A stretch of 64,000 nt of DNA from the human T2T-CHM13v2.0 reference genome, Homo sapiens (GCF_009914755.1 NC_060940.1); one strand, 5' to 3'; shown: positions 1 through 14,216, counted from the stretch's first letter. Notes: a model not told the origin generated them from the letters alone. A program made the numbers and translations.

Positions 1-66
1 AGTGAGCTATGATAGCACCACTGCACTTTAGCGTGCATGACACAGAAAGACCTCATCTCTAAAAAT
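1..66 (+). mobile_element. Alu 3' end (AluJ/FLAM-like), truncated by window edge
   Basis: agtgagctatgatagcaccactgcact...gacctcatctctaaaaa matches the Alu right-arm terminus. Confidence 0.85.
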
Positions 67-1124
67 AAATTAGATATAAAACTTTGTCATGGCAAAAAAA
101 AAAAAAAAAAAACTGCCCACAATGTGTTAGGGGAAAAAAGCAGGATTTACAAGTCATTTATATAATATACACGGAGAAGAAAGACTGAAAGGAAATGCAA
201 ACTTTTCACAGTGATGATTTTCTTTGTACTTTTCTATACTTTCTAAATTTCCACAATGAGTATCTATTAATCTCCTGCATTAAGAGAATCAAAATTACCA
301 TAAATGGATATGAATATATATACTATTAGATCTTAAGACCCACCCTTAGCTTAGTCTTTTATAAACTGAAATGATCAGAATGAGCCGAGAAATATTTCCT
401 GGAATCTGATACAAATTCATTTGGTAGATGCAATGTGGAGGAAGATTGCCTTGGGAAACTCTGTTGTTCTAAAGATGGGGCAGCCATGTAAAAATAAAAC
501 CGAGTGCCTAAATCTAAATTTCAGCACCAGAGATACAGACATAAATGAGACACAATCCCGGCAATTCAAGAGAGACTGAAAGGTTATCAAATAATTGCTA
601 TGTGGTGTGAGAAGTGTTGCAAAAATGACTTTCAGAAAGCAATGGTCTTCAAATTCAGGCTGTGCAGGGGTATCTCTGGAATTACAAAAACTCTTATTTT
701 AATGTCTTCCTTTAAATAGTGCTTATTTCGGAGATGGATGTTTTAAAACATGCATACTCAAGATTATAGGTCAGTCTTAACATTTTTGAAACTTTTAATA
801 CATTAGAGTTTACAACCCAATTAGCTTGCTTTTCTGCAGACATTGAATGAAGGTTTTTTTCATTCTTATTTAGGATAAGAAATGAAAGATTGCAAAGCAA
901 GCTGCATAAGCAAACAAGATCCTTCAATCTGCAACTACTTATTATGAATTGGAATTCTTTCAATATGGGAATTAAAAAAAAAAAAACTAGAAAAATCAGT
1001 CACTTGCTACAGATGACCTCAAACTGCAACGGACATGCATCTCCAATTATAAATTTAAAGTTCTAAAATCAGCTTAACCTAATATATTATGACTTTTTGG
1101 CAGGAGAAATAGGTGTTATTTGGA

Positions 1125-1264
1125 TTTTTTTTTTTTTTTTTTTTTTGAGACAGAGTCTTGCTCTGTCGCCCAGGCTGGAGCGCATTGGCATGACCTTGGC
1201 TCACTGCAACCTCTGCCTCCCAGGTTCAAGCGATTCTCGTGCCTCAGTCTCCCGAGTAGCTGAG
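1125..1264 (-). mobile_element. Alu (AluS-like) right-arm fragment, 5'-truncated
   Basis: T-run followed by gagacagagtcttgctctgtcgcccaggctggag...cccgagtagctgag. Confidence 0.92.
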
Positions 1265-1789
1265 GAAATAAATTTTTTGAAGTTTAAAAGTAAGTGAGGA
1301 GCAAGACACAGCAAAGACACAAGGGAAAATTTCACAGAAAAACAGCAAAGGATAAAAGCCATCACTTCACATTTGAAAACAAAGTTTTTGCTTTTCATTA
1401 TATTTGGCCTCAAGTGATTTTTATTGTGTTTTTCCCCTAATTTTCATGGCAAAGGAATTGAATAAGAAATATATGGATTAGTATTGTGTGCTAGCAATAG
1501 TCTTCTTGGTTTAGGTCATTCAAAAATCAGCTGGGAACCCTGTGGAAAATCAGCTGGGAACTCTATGTTTAGGCTGAGAAGGGAGGACTGGAAAGAGATT
1601 GTGATACAAGAATGCAAATATCCACTTATTCCACTGGCTGTCCAAAGGCAATAGACAGAAAAGCAGCCCAAGTCAGCTAGAATCTTTTTTGCACCTCTGC
1701 ATGAGACACCTTAGTAGGCTTCAGCCATTGTCCTGAGGCCACAGTGGAATCCTAGGGTACAACTCTGAAGCCTCCCCAGCTTACCTTCT

Positions 1790-2350
1790 GCATCAGTTAG
1801 GAAAATTTTGGCTTTGGGTAATAGAAAACATAATTCAAACCATATGGGCATTTATTATCACAGTGTTTTAGGCAGGGCAGCCTTCAAGTTCCTCCTCTTC
1901 CTCTTAAGGTTGCCTTCTCCCATGTGTTGACATTAGCCCAAGACTGATCACAAGATGACTACAATGGTTTCAAACACAGCATCCAGACCCAACAATGGCC
2001 AGTGAATAAAGGACCTCCTATCTTTCCCCTCCTCTAACAGTGAAGAAACCTTTTCAAGAAACCCCTCAAGAAACTTCAATGTATCTCTTTTTGGTGGGGG
2101 TACAGCATTCAATTCACAGCACAATTTTTTCAGCAAGATTTTCCTCCTGCCTCAATTACATCACGTGTCTCTGTCTAGAACAGTCATGAGCAAGAGGAAT
2201 GCTCTGTGATTGACTTGGATTCACTGGGACCCCCTAGCAGGGGATGGGCCTAGCATCCTCTGAAGCATAGAGCCATGCGTAGGAAGATGTTAGAAAACCG
2301 GAAGAACTGCATTTTCTGGTGGGAAGAAGAAAGGAGGGGATGACTGTTGG
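1790..2350 (-). mobile_element. Old MaLR LTR (MLT1J/K-like), diverged
   Basis: tcagttagg...ggctttgggtaatagaaaac start plus internal tcacgtgtc/tgattgacttgga motifs typical of MLT1J/K; boundaries approximate. Confidence 0.45.
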
Positions 2351-3029
2351 GGTGAGGCTGCTGTCAGGAAGCTAGAGAACAACCTTAGTAGTGTTGCTCT
2401 GGCTGTTCACGTGGTGACAAACCATTTGGACTGGGAGTGAGCCCTGGTAAAAGGCCATCCACTTCTACAAGGAAATTCTTGTTGAGATAACCATACTCAC
2501 AAAATTATTAACAGAGGCAATTATTTCTCCTATAACCATGTATGTGTTCATGTGTTGCCTGAGCTTTTTTTTTTTTTTTGTCATTTTAAGAGTTAATCGT
2601 CATTTGATAGATATCGTCCCATCTCCAATTTGAGTAGATCCTTCTTTCAGATCTCATACCACTTTCTTGTTACCTTTAGTAGATATTTATTTATGTCTGC
2701 CTTTTTATTTGTAGTTCTATTTATCTTCATTGAGAGTTCACCTTTACTATTCCAAAGAACAGTAAGCATGACTTATTAATGATCCCCTCATCCATTCATT
2801 ATTATACTTGACATAATGTCTAATACTTGTATGAATGAACTAAATGAAAAGAGATATGAAGCTTGCAATGTATAAAGTTCTAATTCGTTGCACTTCCATC
2901 CTCTTTTTACCTATCATTTCTTAATGTTTGGAATTCACATGACATATCCATTTCACACTATTACTGTTTCAGTCATTCAAGTTATGGAGATCCTATCCTG
3001 TTATATGGTATTTTTTTTCACTTCCAAGA

Positions 3030-3240
3030 AGATAGCCCTAGCAGAAATGCTCACAAAGATATATAAAGATGTTCACAAAAGCATTATTTATAATAGCAAA
3101 AAAATGGAAACAACTCAATATACAACAATCAGATTGCCTAGATAAATGATACATCCATTCTGTGGAAAATAACTACTAAAAAGTTATGGTTTTGATTAAT
3201 AATAAAAGGCTCATAGTAAATTCTTAAAGTGAAAAAATAA
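3030..3240 (+). mobile_element. L1ME-type 3' fragment
   Basis: aagatgttcaca..agcattatttataatagcaaaaaaatggaaacaac matches the L1M 3' region. Confidence 0.7.
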
Positions 3241-3531
3241 CATATATAGTAGAATCCAAATCTAACGAAAAGAAAATAACACGATAAAAAAATGGGAGGC
3301 TCTTCTAGCCAAGATAGCAGATTGAGGTGAGGTATAAAGTCTCTCTTCCCCCTTTAAACACATCTAGAAAGCCTAAATAAAATTTAAGGAAGATTTTCAA
3401 AGCCCATAGCTGGACTCGAAAATAAGAAAAATACATTTATAGGGGCCACAAAAATAAGCCTTTGTGTCCTTCAGAAGAAGTAGTGGAGGCAGATTTTAGC
3501 ATAGACACGGAAAATCAAGATGACAAACCCT

Positions 3532-3959
<428 letters not shown>

Positions 3960-5507
3960 TCAACTACAACAATTTGAAACTCCCTACCCTGCGAGGCTTG
4001 CAAGTACAGGGCAAATTTTGAGCCACAAGGAAACCCCAAACCCATTAACGTAAAAATTGGCCCAAAGCTGGGAAACCAATACATCCATGGCAGAGTAAAG
4101 AACATAACTGCCCCACAAGGATTCCTCCCACAAGTCAGCACATAACCTATAAATATATAACTACTACTGAACCCAAATGAAAACATTGCAAAGAAATCCA
4201 ATACCGTGAGAGTTTGTAAAGGCAACAAAAGGTTATACCCAAATAACCTGTGATAATAAAACAGCCTAAAAATAACTTTAAAATAAATGTTTATAACCAT
4301 CAAGAAGATGAAAAAGATAAAAGATTACATATAGTGGAGACAAAATGTTATAAAAAATAGAAAATTTGACAAAGAATTGTGGAATTAAAACCCTATCACT
4401 AAAAGATAAAACAATGATATATTAAGCATGCAATATGTAGAGGAAAAAATTTAATAAACTGGAAGATACATCTAAGGAAATAACCTATAATGTATCACAG
4501 GAAGTTAAAATATGGAAAACATAAGAGAAATTTAGATGGAGAGAAGAGAATGAAAAGTCCAACATATGAGTCATCTGAGAAAAGGAGTCTAAAGAGAATG
4601 AAGAAAGGGATAAATATTAAAATTCTCCAGAACTAAAGATATAAATCCTCATATTGAAAGAATTCATCAACTCTCATACTAAATAAGACAAAGCCAAAAC
4701 AAACACTGTAGTGAAACTACACAACACCAAGAAAAAGGAAGAAATAATTGTGAAAGCTATAATAGGAAAAAGATTATCTTCTAAGGAACAAAAATCAGAC
4801 CAACAGGAGTCTTACCAGCAGCAACAATAGGAACACAAAGACAATAGTAACCTCAAAGTACCAAGTAAAAATAACATAACCTAGAATGGCACACCCAGCT
4901 AAACAATCATCTAAGAGTTAAAACAAAAGACTTTCGAAGGTATAAAAACTAAAAGCTCACTAAGTACAGACCCCCTCTGAAAGAACTACTAAAGGATGTA
5001 ACCAACCAAAAGGAAAATGAATACCACAGGAAGGAACAGGGTATAAGAAATGATCAGAAGAAAAGAAACTGGTAAAATGTGTTGGTAAATCTAAGCCATT
5101 AACTAATTTGGGAGAATTTCAAATCGCAATGGAATTCTTGATAATGTGAGATGTGGAAAGTGAGTGTTAGCTTCTAGGACTCTTGTCCTATTTAAGAGCA
5201 GATAAAATTTTCAACTCTCTACTTTGTTATGAAAATCAAAATTTAAGTATGCATCTTAAATATTTTAGAGTAAATACTGAAACAATTGAAATAGAATGCA
5301 AATTTAAAATTCAGTAAAGGGGAGAAAATATGCAAGAGAGAAACAATTCAACTAAAGGCAGGGAAGGAGAGGGGAAAAAAGCAAAGAAACAATATAAATA
5401 GTAAAAAATAGTAAATAAATACTAAATAGTAAAAAATAGTAAATAAAGAGTAAAACATAGTAAATAAAAAGCACTTTTCTGTTTTCTAATATTTCACTAG
5501 TAGTAAG

Positions 5508-5663
5508 ATCTGAGAAAGACAACCATATCCAAATAGACTGTAGTTCTAGGCATGCATTTTCTAGGCACAATTTCAAAACATGATTAGAAATACCCTAAGT
5601 CTTCATTATTAAAAGCTGAATAATACGTTTCAAGCTTCACTTTGCTAATGCCACCTGGAAGCA
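5508..5663 (-). repeat. Left arm of a non-TE inverted duplication (reverse complement of 6659-6812)
   Basis: Manual alignment gives about 11 substitutions and one 2 bp indel over ~155 bp. Confidence 0.95.
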
Positions 5664-6658
5664 TTACTACTTAGTAAGATAAAAAAAATTTAGGTACAAT
5701 TATCAAAATAAATGCAAATGACTTAAATTGTCTTTTTAGAAGACAGAGACTCTCAAACTGCATCAGAATTAAAGTACAGTTATATGATGTTTACTCGAGA
5801 GATTCCATGGCATAGCCTGAAAGATAAAAAATAGGGTGATAAGGAAAGGTGTGTTAGGCAAATGCTAACAAGAAAGTAGAGATGCTAGCAGAGAAATGAC
5901 TTACAAGAGAATGCTAATAGTGATTATCTCTGTGGGTAGTGCTGAATGATTTCTATTTTTTTTATATCTTTCTGTATTTTTTAAAATTCTTGAATGAAAA
6001 TATTTTTATAATTGAAAAAATGCATGTATTTTTAATTATTAAGGAGTTTACTAATATGGCATAATTTAGAATAAGCAGGACCATATATCATTTTAATCCC
6101 TTTACTAGGTAACATGTATTAAGTCATTTAATCTTTATAACAATGATTGAAATTGTTATAAAAATGTTGAAATTGTTATAAAAATGAGGGAAATACTACT
6201 TTTGCTTTATTTTGTAGATCAGATAATCAAGGCAAAGAGAGCTTTCAATAATATATCTAGGTCAAAGAGCTAGCAGAGACAAGAGTAAGTAAGAAATATC
6301 ACCCGTTGTATGTCCTGGAGATATTAGGTATCTACACACAGGAAAAGCATGGGATCCTAGTTATAGGACTATCCCAAGTCCTATAACTCAGAACTTACAA
6401 AAATTATTCTTTTATTTGTATAGGCAATTATTTTCCAATAAAAAATATTTCAATGACAAAATATATTTAGCACTTACTACAAATAGCAGACTTCACAGAC
6501 AAGATAGAGAAAACTCCTTTCTATAATTTTGGTTCATGATTTATATTCTAGGACCTCATAACAAAAATACCATTATGTATCTGCCAATGCATACATCATG
6601 GCTTTTTCCAGTATGTATCATTTTTATAATAGATATGATCCTATTTTTGTATCTTGAT

Positions 6659-6812
6659 TGCTTCCAGGTGGCATTAGCAAAGTGAAGTTTGAAACATACT
6701 AATCAGCTTTTAATAATGAAGACTTAGTATTTCCAATCATGTTTGGAAATTGTGCCTATAAAATTTATGCCTAGAACTATATTCTATTTGGATATGGTTG
6801 TCTTTCTCAGAT
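6659..6812 (+). repeat. Right arm (probable donor) of the inverted duplication
   Basis: tgcttccaggtggcattagcaaagtgaag...ggatatggttgtctttctcagat is the reverse complement of 5508-5663. Confidence 0.95.
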
Positions 6813-9800
6813 TATACTTCCCTTTTCTTTTAAGCAAATATACAGTTTAGAGTAAATTTTAAGATAATACGTAGTATATTTTGAAATAATTTCCACAGCT
6901 ACAAAAATAGGAAAAAAAAAACCCTACATTATTAGAAATTACCTGTTACCTGTATTTACAGTAGCCAAAAAAAGAACCATCATTTATCAGTAATGGATGC
7001 ATTTCTAACCAAATGGATTTTGAAAGAAAAAGGGACATTTTGCAAGCTCTATCAAAAAAGGCCTTGCAAATAGCATGTAGACAATTACATTTCTGGGAAC
7101 ATTCAATTGGCCACCTATCATGGCTAAATTACAATAATGTGCATTTTGGCAAATCATATCATTTTACTAAGTCATTTTAAATGGACACTGTACATTTCTT
7201 CTCTTACCTCTCAAAATACTTCTCTAGAATGCTTCCAACTTAAAGGAATATGCAGATACACCCTGGATATCCCATCATAACCAGGCCTGCTTTGTAGGAA
7301 GCCATAGGAAGCAACAGTACCTTTCTCCAGCTAAACCTCATATTCCTAGAGGGTACTAACTAAGCTAAGACCCACCTCTATCTACACTGTCATTGCCATG
7401 GTAGCATGTTAAGCATGTTAGAGTGATGACATCTGTCAGAGGCCCTATTTAATGAAATAAAGACAGTGGTAAATGGTTGATCAACACCTCTCCTTCCGTT
7501 GTCTTAGGCTGTCAGGAAATTGTCCCTTCCATGTCAACGAGCTACGTTTATCATTTTCAAAAGCTAAGGGCCTTTTGTACAATTTCATTCACTATATAAT
7601 ACTGGTTCATATTCATTTATGATATCACATTATAATGTATGAAAAAGTGATTTTGAGAAATGGGGATGGAGGCATTCAAATGCATAGCTATAATAGATGT
7701 GCATGAGGCCCTGGAATATAAAACTAATGATTTCATTTGTCTACTCTTGATGTTGTTGGAGAGTATTATCTTATGCATAATTAACAAGGTTTTGAAAGGT
7801 TGAATATAAAACATTACAGCGTTAGCCAGCTTACATCAGGAACTCTGCTGTGACCGATACAAATAACCTATAAGTGAGCTTTCTACCTAATCTGAAAAAA
7901 TGATCAATATTATTCTTTACTGGTACATCTTTATTTTCACAGGTACATGCTCTCTCTCCGTGAGTAACTATAAAGAGTGAAATAAGATCTATCTGAACAC
8001 CATTTTAAATTCTGGCTCACTTATATTTCACAAGTGACACTATCTATTGACCTTAAAATTGTAGAAATTAAATTACTGGCATGACCATAGGAATCTCACG
8101 TGCAACTACCCAAAACCATAAGCATCTAGCTCACTAGCAGGGGTCTCACCACATATGCCATTGCATCAGTCAAGTAGGACTTGCTAAAAACATCGTAAGC
8201 CACATAAAGCATATTTATAATAAATGAGGCTGCTCATGCAGCCTTACCAATAGCCTCACTTTTATTCACAAATACGGTCACCCAAAAATACTGCCTTCTG
8301 TTCCTTCCTATTCAAACTAGTCAACGCTTTCAAGTCTTATATTTATCTTGCAATTACTACTCTTAAAACTGCTCATTGTGGGCTAGACAGTAACAAGCAG
8401 ATTGAATGGTCTGGGTCAAATTGGAGCCAAAGCACCAAGACTGAAACAAAGGCCCACAGAGCAAACAGATGGCCAAGGACAGCAGGAACGAAACTGCTGG
8501 ATTCTTGCGTCTGGGACTATGGCACACCCAGCATTCAACAAATGTGTGTGCCAGGCACTGTTCTACGTGCTGTTTTCAAACATTTGAATGGGGTAATTTA
8601 GGAAAATTAGAATTCCTGTAATTGTACATAAGCCAGGATTTTAAATCAAAACATTTTCAAAACCTGAAGTCAAGGATGACTCTAAGATGAAATATGACTT
8701 ACTCAAAACAATTAAGCCTAAGCTTTTAATTGGAAGAGATGACAAATTTGTAGAAGTGGAAACATTTTGATTAATATATTGTCCCATTTTACAAAGTGAA
8801 AAATAGGAATATTCTATAAAAACCATCTTAGTATGGCACAAGGTTGCCTTAAGCCTACTTTTTTTCAAGAACAGGGTTTGGCACAAACCAGGCATTTAGC
8901 AAATAGTTGTTGAGTGAATGAGCAAATGTCTTAGCAACTTTTTATCTATCAAAGTAAAAATGCGACATAATGTTCATTTCAACGGACTTCTGAATAGGTA
9001 ACTATTGGATGTAGAAAACAAATTAGGACACAATTTTACTACCAATGTTTAGGGCAAGCCAGACAGCATAATATCTTTTAATTTCAAAATACCCCTGTAG
9101 GAAGAAAGCTGTTCAATCACGATATTGTGAGAAGTTCAGAACAAATTTATCTTACCTAAATAAAAGCCATAAAAAGGAAGGATATTTCCTACTTCAGTGA
9201 GAAAACATCCATTTTTGTAACAACGTACAACCTTTTTGTAATCGTGGGTGGGCAGAAGATAAAGATTACTACCCTAGTTTTGGACATGGCCCTGGAAAAC
9301 TTTTTAAAACAACAGGTATACCCCATGAGAAGTACTGAGCAGGCAATGACACAGTAAGAATTCATTCAAGCCACGCATAAATCAGTAGGACATGACCAAC
9401 TCACACCTTTTCTAAACCATTCACGACAATTTTTTTTTCATTTTATGAAGACACACAAAGGAAATTCTAGCTACTAACTGCATAAAAATATGAGGTATTT
9501 GCTGGAGAGCTGATAATATTGAAGGTGAAAAAAAGTCGAACATCCTTGCCTAGTGAAAAAGCATGAAAAAAAAAGTCTGACTCTTACAGTTACCTTCAAG
9601 GTAAAATTAATTATTAATTGGAAACGCCTGGATATGGAATGATTGCCATCAATATTTTAATACTTTGAGTGCTAATTTCATTCTCACCATCATAGTTTGT
9701 CTACTGAAGAAGAGAGAGCTGTTTACTTTCAGGGAGGCTTGCTATAATGATCACCTTAAGAAGGTTTCCAATATTTTGAAATGCTTTGAATCTTCCTCTT

Positions 9801-10397
9801 CTTTAATTTCTAATATTAAGCAAACTGAAAAAAAAAACTCACTTCATTCACACAAATGAACAATTCTACCATTCCTAGCTGGCTCATGAAATATTAGATC
9901 GCTAATTTCTGAACAACATTAATTTTTTAATTCCTACCCACCAGTGCTGCAACTCACATTGCATTCAGATTTCTGCTTTCTCGTAGAGGATTTGCAGTGG
10001 TTCATAAAACTTGAACTTTGTGAAATTAGAAGATGAATGTATCAATTAGCTGAATTCAACCTAACTCATCTCCAGAGTCAAGCTCATAGAAAAGCCTAGC
10101 TAAAAATGCACCTTTAAATCTAGCAGAATGATTTAAAAGAAACCTTCACGTGTTGAGGATTGGATGTGTCAAAAATGGGATGTGGACAAACAGGAAGAAT
10201 TAAGCACTCTCCACTTTAGCTCCTCAGGGTCCACTGCTGCAGAGGGAAGAGATGCTCATGAACATCTTTGAAACCTGGAAGTATCAGCCCAAGAAAATCT
10301 CACATTCAAGGGTGAGGTCCAATTTTCCTTGGGGATAGAGCCACTACCCTAACTGCTAATACCAACATTCCAGGGCAGATAAAAGGAGTGTCAGAGA

Positions 10398-10692
10398 TTT
10401 TTTTGAGACAGGGTCTTGCTCTGTCGCTCAAACTGGAGTCCAGTGGCACCAACACGACTCACTGCAGCCTCAATTTCCTGGACTCCAGTGATCCTCCTGC
10501 TTCAGCCTCCCGAGTAGCTGGGACTACAGATGCACGCCACCATGGCAGCTAATTTTTGTATTTTTTTTTTTTTGTAGAGATAGAGTTTCCTCATGTTGCC
10601 TAGGCTAATCTCAAATTCCTGGACTCAAGTGATCCTCCCACTTCAGCCTCCCAAGGTGTTGGGATTATAGGTGTGAGCCACTGCGCCTGGCC
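10398..10692 (-). mobile_element. AluJ
   Basis: gagacagggtcttgctctg...ctcaagtgatcctcccacttcagcctccc...gcgcctggcc with J-type diagnostic motifs. Confidence 0.93.
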
Positions 10693-11248
10693 TCAACAGA
10701 AATTTGGCATTGCCCAGGGCATTTAAAGCCTAGAGGAGCTTTTCTGGGGACAACACTACTAGAAAAGTATCATACTAGGGTTTTTTTAAATTAGAAGGCT
10801 GCCTAGTGCTGCACAGAACCCCATCAGTGTGGGGGCAACGTCCTATGCTCTCCTGGACTCTGGCCCCAGATTTGCCTTCATCTTCTATTTTTAACAGCAC
10901 ACACCTGTTGCTTCTACACACCCTCCTGTCCTGCAGCCTGTGACTAAGTACTTCAGTCTTACCTGGGATGCTGTCTTGTTCCAGACAACAGCTTATCTGA
11001 CATTACTCCTGTAAGCCTGTGGTCCCCCTCAATACGAAGCACCTGTCAGGGAGTGAGGCAGTGTCCTGGTCAGCCACTGCCAGCAACCTGGCCGTCAGGT
11101 CCAGCACTCACCTCTCTCGCCCACCACATCTCAACAACCACTAGTTGCTACTGATTCTACCTGCTTAGTGGGTTTCAAATCTGTCACTTCCCTATCCCCA
11201 CCAGCATGCTAACCTGGGGCAATCTGGTCACCATCACCCTTGACCCTT

Positions 11249-11645
11249 TTATTATTATTTCAATTGTTTTTGGGATACAGGTGGTTTTTGTAAAATGGAT
11301 GAGTTATTTAGTGGTGAATTCTGAAATGTTTGTGCACTCGTCACCCAAGCAGGTACACTGTACCCAATATGTAGTCTTTTATCCCCTACCACCCCCCAGC
11401 TTGCCCCCTCTGGCCCCTGCCAAGTCCCCAAAGTCCATTATATCTCTCTGTTTTTGCGTCCTCATAGCTTAGCTCCCACTTATAAGTGAGAACATACAGT
11501 GTTTGGTTTTCCATTCCTGCGTTACTTTACCTAGAATAATGGCCTCCAGCTCCATTCAAGTTTCTGTAACACACATTTCGTTCTTTTTATGGCTGAGTAG
11601 TATTCTACGGTATATACATTCCATATTTTCTTTATCTACTGGTTG
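11249..11645 (-). mobile_element. L1PB-type 3' end inserted into an L2 relic
   Basis: L1PB 3'UTR (gcttagctcccacttataagtgagaacatac); TSD atcacccttgaccctt (11233-11248) / atcacccttgcctctt (11646-11661). Confidence 0.88.
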
Positions 11646-12003
11646 ATCACCCTTGCCTCTTCACAGCCTCTTAAGTCACTTCCTGTACCTGTCAAGGCCC
11701 CTCCAATCCATTTTCTATACCGCACAGTGGTGTTGCAAAAAAAAAAAAAAAAATCTCAGCAGATCACTCTCCAACTTAAAATCCTTCAGGGGCCTCCCCT
11801 TCTGCTCTCAGGACAGGGCTAAACTCTTTATCATGCATTGAAGATTAGCCCCAGCTTACTTACCTCAACTCGGCACTCCTCAACTTAGAGGCCCCTGCCC
11901 CCTCTCAACTTCAAGCTTTTTTGTGCTTAGTCTAACCTCACCTTATGAGGCTAAAGTAAGACTCTTCCAAGACATGAATTGCCAGACACATACATAGCTC
12001 AAG

Positions 12004-12625
<622 letters not shown>

Positions 12626-14164
12626 GCTTCCAGAGTTAACTACAAAACTTGACTACTACTCCAGAGACAGTGAAGGAGTACAAACTGTGTTTGAATTCAT
12701 GATAGGTAATGACAAATGTGTGTCAGCTGACAGAAATAAAATCATTGTGTCCTGGCTGAGGAAGGTAATGATGACCAGAATGTCTAGGCTGCAAATCTCT
12801 GTAAGAGTTACTTCTGCAAAGCAAACATTACATCCTCCTTCCTTAAGGCACACCTCACCAGGGTACATTTTTCATATAATATTAATTTTAGGCCTATTTT
12901 GAAAAACAAAGTAGCAATATCACACTGTAGAATTATGTTGCTGCCCAAACTAAAAACTACATAATTAATGTTACAGAAACATGGATTCCTGGTGCTTTGA
13001 AAATCTAAACTATATGTCTACCATTTATAGTTTATTAACAAAATTAGATGCAGCTTTTTTATATGAACTGCGATACATTTTTCTGATGTTAAATCAATAG
13101 TTTCCATTTTTCATCTAACAGAAATTTACAAAATTAAATACATCAGACAAATGGTCATAATGTAACCATAAAATGAAATCTGAAAGATTAAAATGATGGT
13201 TATTATTCATCATGCATATTTGCATCCTCAAATGTAAAAGTCCTAATTGCTTGCCTTAGGTTTTGATACGTATAAAAGTAAAATATGGATTAACAGATTG
13301 GCCTTTTTCTTCTTCCAGAAAAAAAAAAATCCTGGGCACAGAATACATGGTCGATAAATAAATGATTGATTGATTACTGTAATAAGCTTGTTTAGTTGCT
13401 AGAACATCTGAGGATATTTTAAGTAACGGGGGAGAGGACGCCAACTACTTATATCTGGTTATAGTGAACCATAGTTAAAAACATTTGAATGTTACAGGAA
13501 AAAAAAAAGAACATTTTAGAAATTAACTGAAAAAATGGCTGTGGTAGTACAGAGCAAAACATCTTTATTGAGCACATACTATGTGCTGAGCATGGTACTA
13601 GTTGCTTGGCAAACACCAGTGAATGAACAGACTTTGTCTTTGCAGAGTTTATGGTCCAGTGGGAGATTTTACCATCACACTGTGAGAATCTCAACATGGT
13701 AGGTCACCACCATGAGGTTAAACTACCGAACCATGAAGTCACTGGAATATGTCTTCCTACCTTCCCTTTCTGAAATTCCAAATTATACTCTAAGCACAGC
13801 CTAATCTCCTTTACAGAGAGTTTCTACTCCAAAACCATACTTCTCTCTCTTATTCCAGATTTAAATTCCATTCTTTCAAAGCTCAATTCTGAACTGGGAA
13901 GGAACCACAAGATGATTTGCATCAGGGCGTGAGTGAGTGACAGCTACTTGCATTTTTTCTAATGGGGTTTGCTAAGAGGAATGACTCACTAAAAAATGTA
14001 GGCAATAGTAGCAAATGTTATGGGCAAAATAGAGCTATTTGGGGAGATGGGTTTTCTGGATCCTACAACAATCTAGCTAGGAATTTTTTCTGCCTCTGGC
14101 TACACACAGGTTTACCTTGAAGGGCATCATCTTTATGAAGAGGCTATAGCCCAAAATGTTCAGG

Positions 14165-14169
<5 letters not shown>

Positions 14170-14216
<47 letters not shown>
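14170..14216 (+). repeat. Pure A47 tract with no adjacent SINE or LINE body
   Basis: Direct count. Confidence 0.95.

Noticed and set aside
5390-5470. Degenerate (TAAATAGTAAAA)n array
   Set aside because: It is an ordinary low-complexity expansion inside an A-rich L1 region.
5508-6812. Interpreting the inverted repeat as TIRs of a novel 1.3 kb DNA transposon
   Set aside because: No matching TSD lies outside both arms. The duplication flanks only the left arm, and the spacer is a continuation of the older L1/MIR sequence.
7207-7300. Minus-strand exon ending at a strong AG|GTAAG donor
   Set aside because: There are stops in all three frames upstream and no good acceptor.
7943-7959. Plus-strand 17 nt microexon (ttttcacag|...|gtgagt)
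   Set aside because: It is not frame-preserving, lies opposite the inferred host strand and has no other support.
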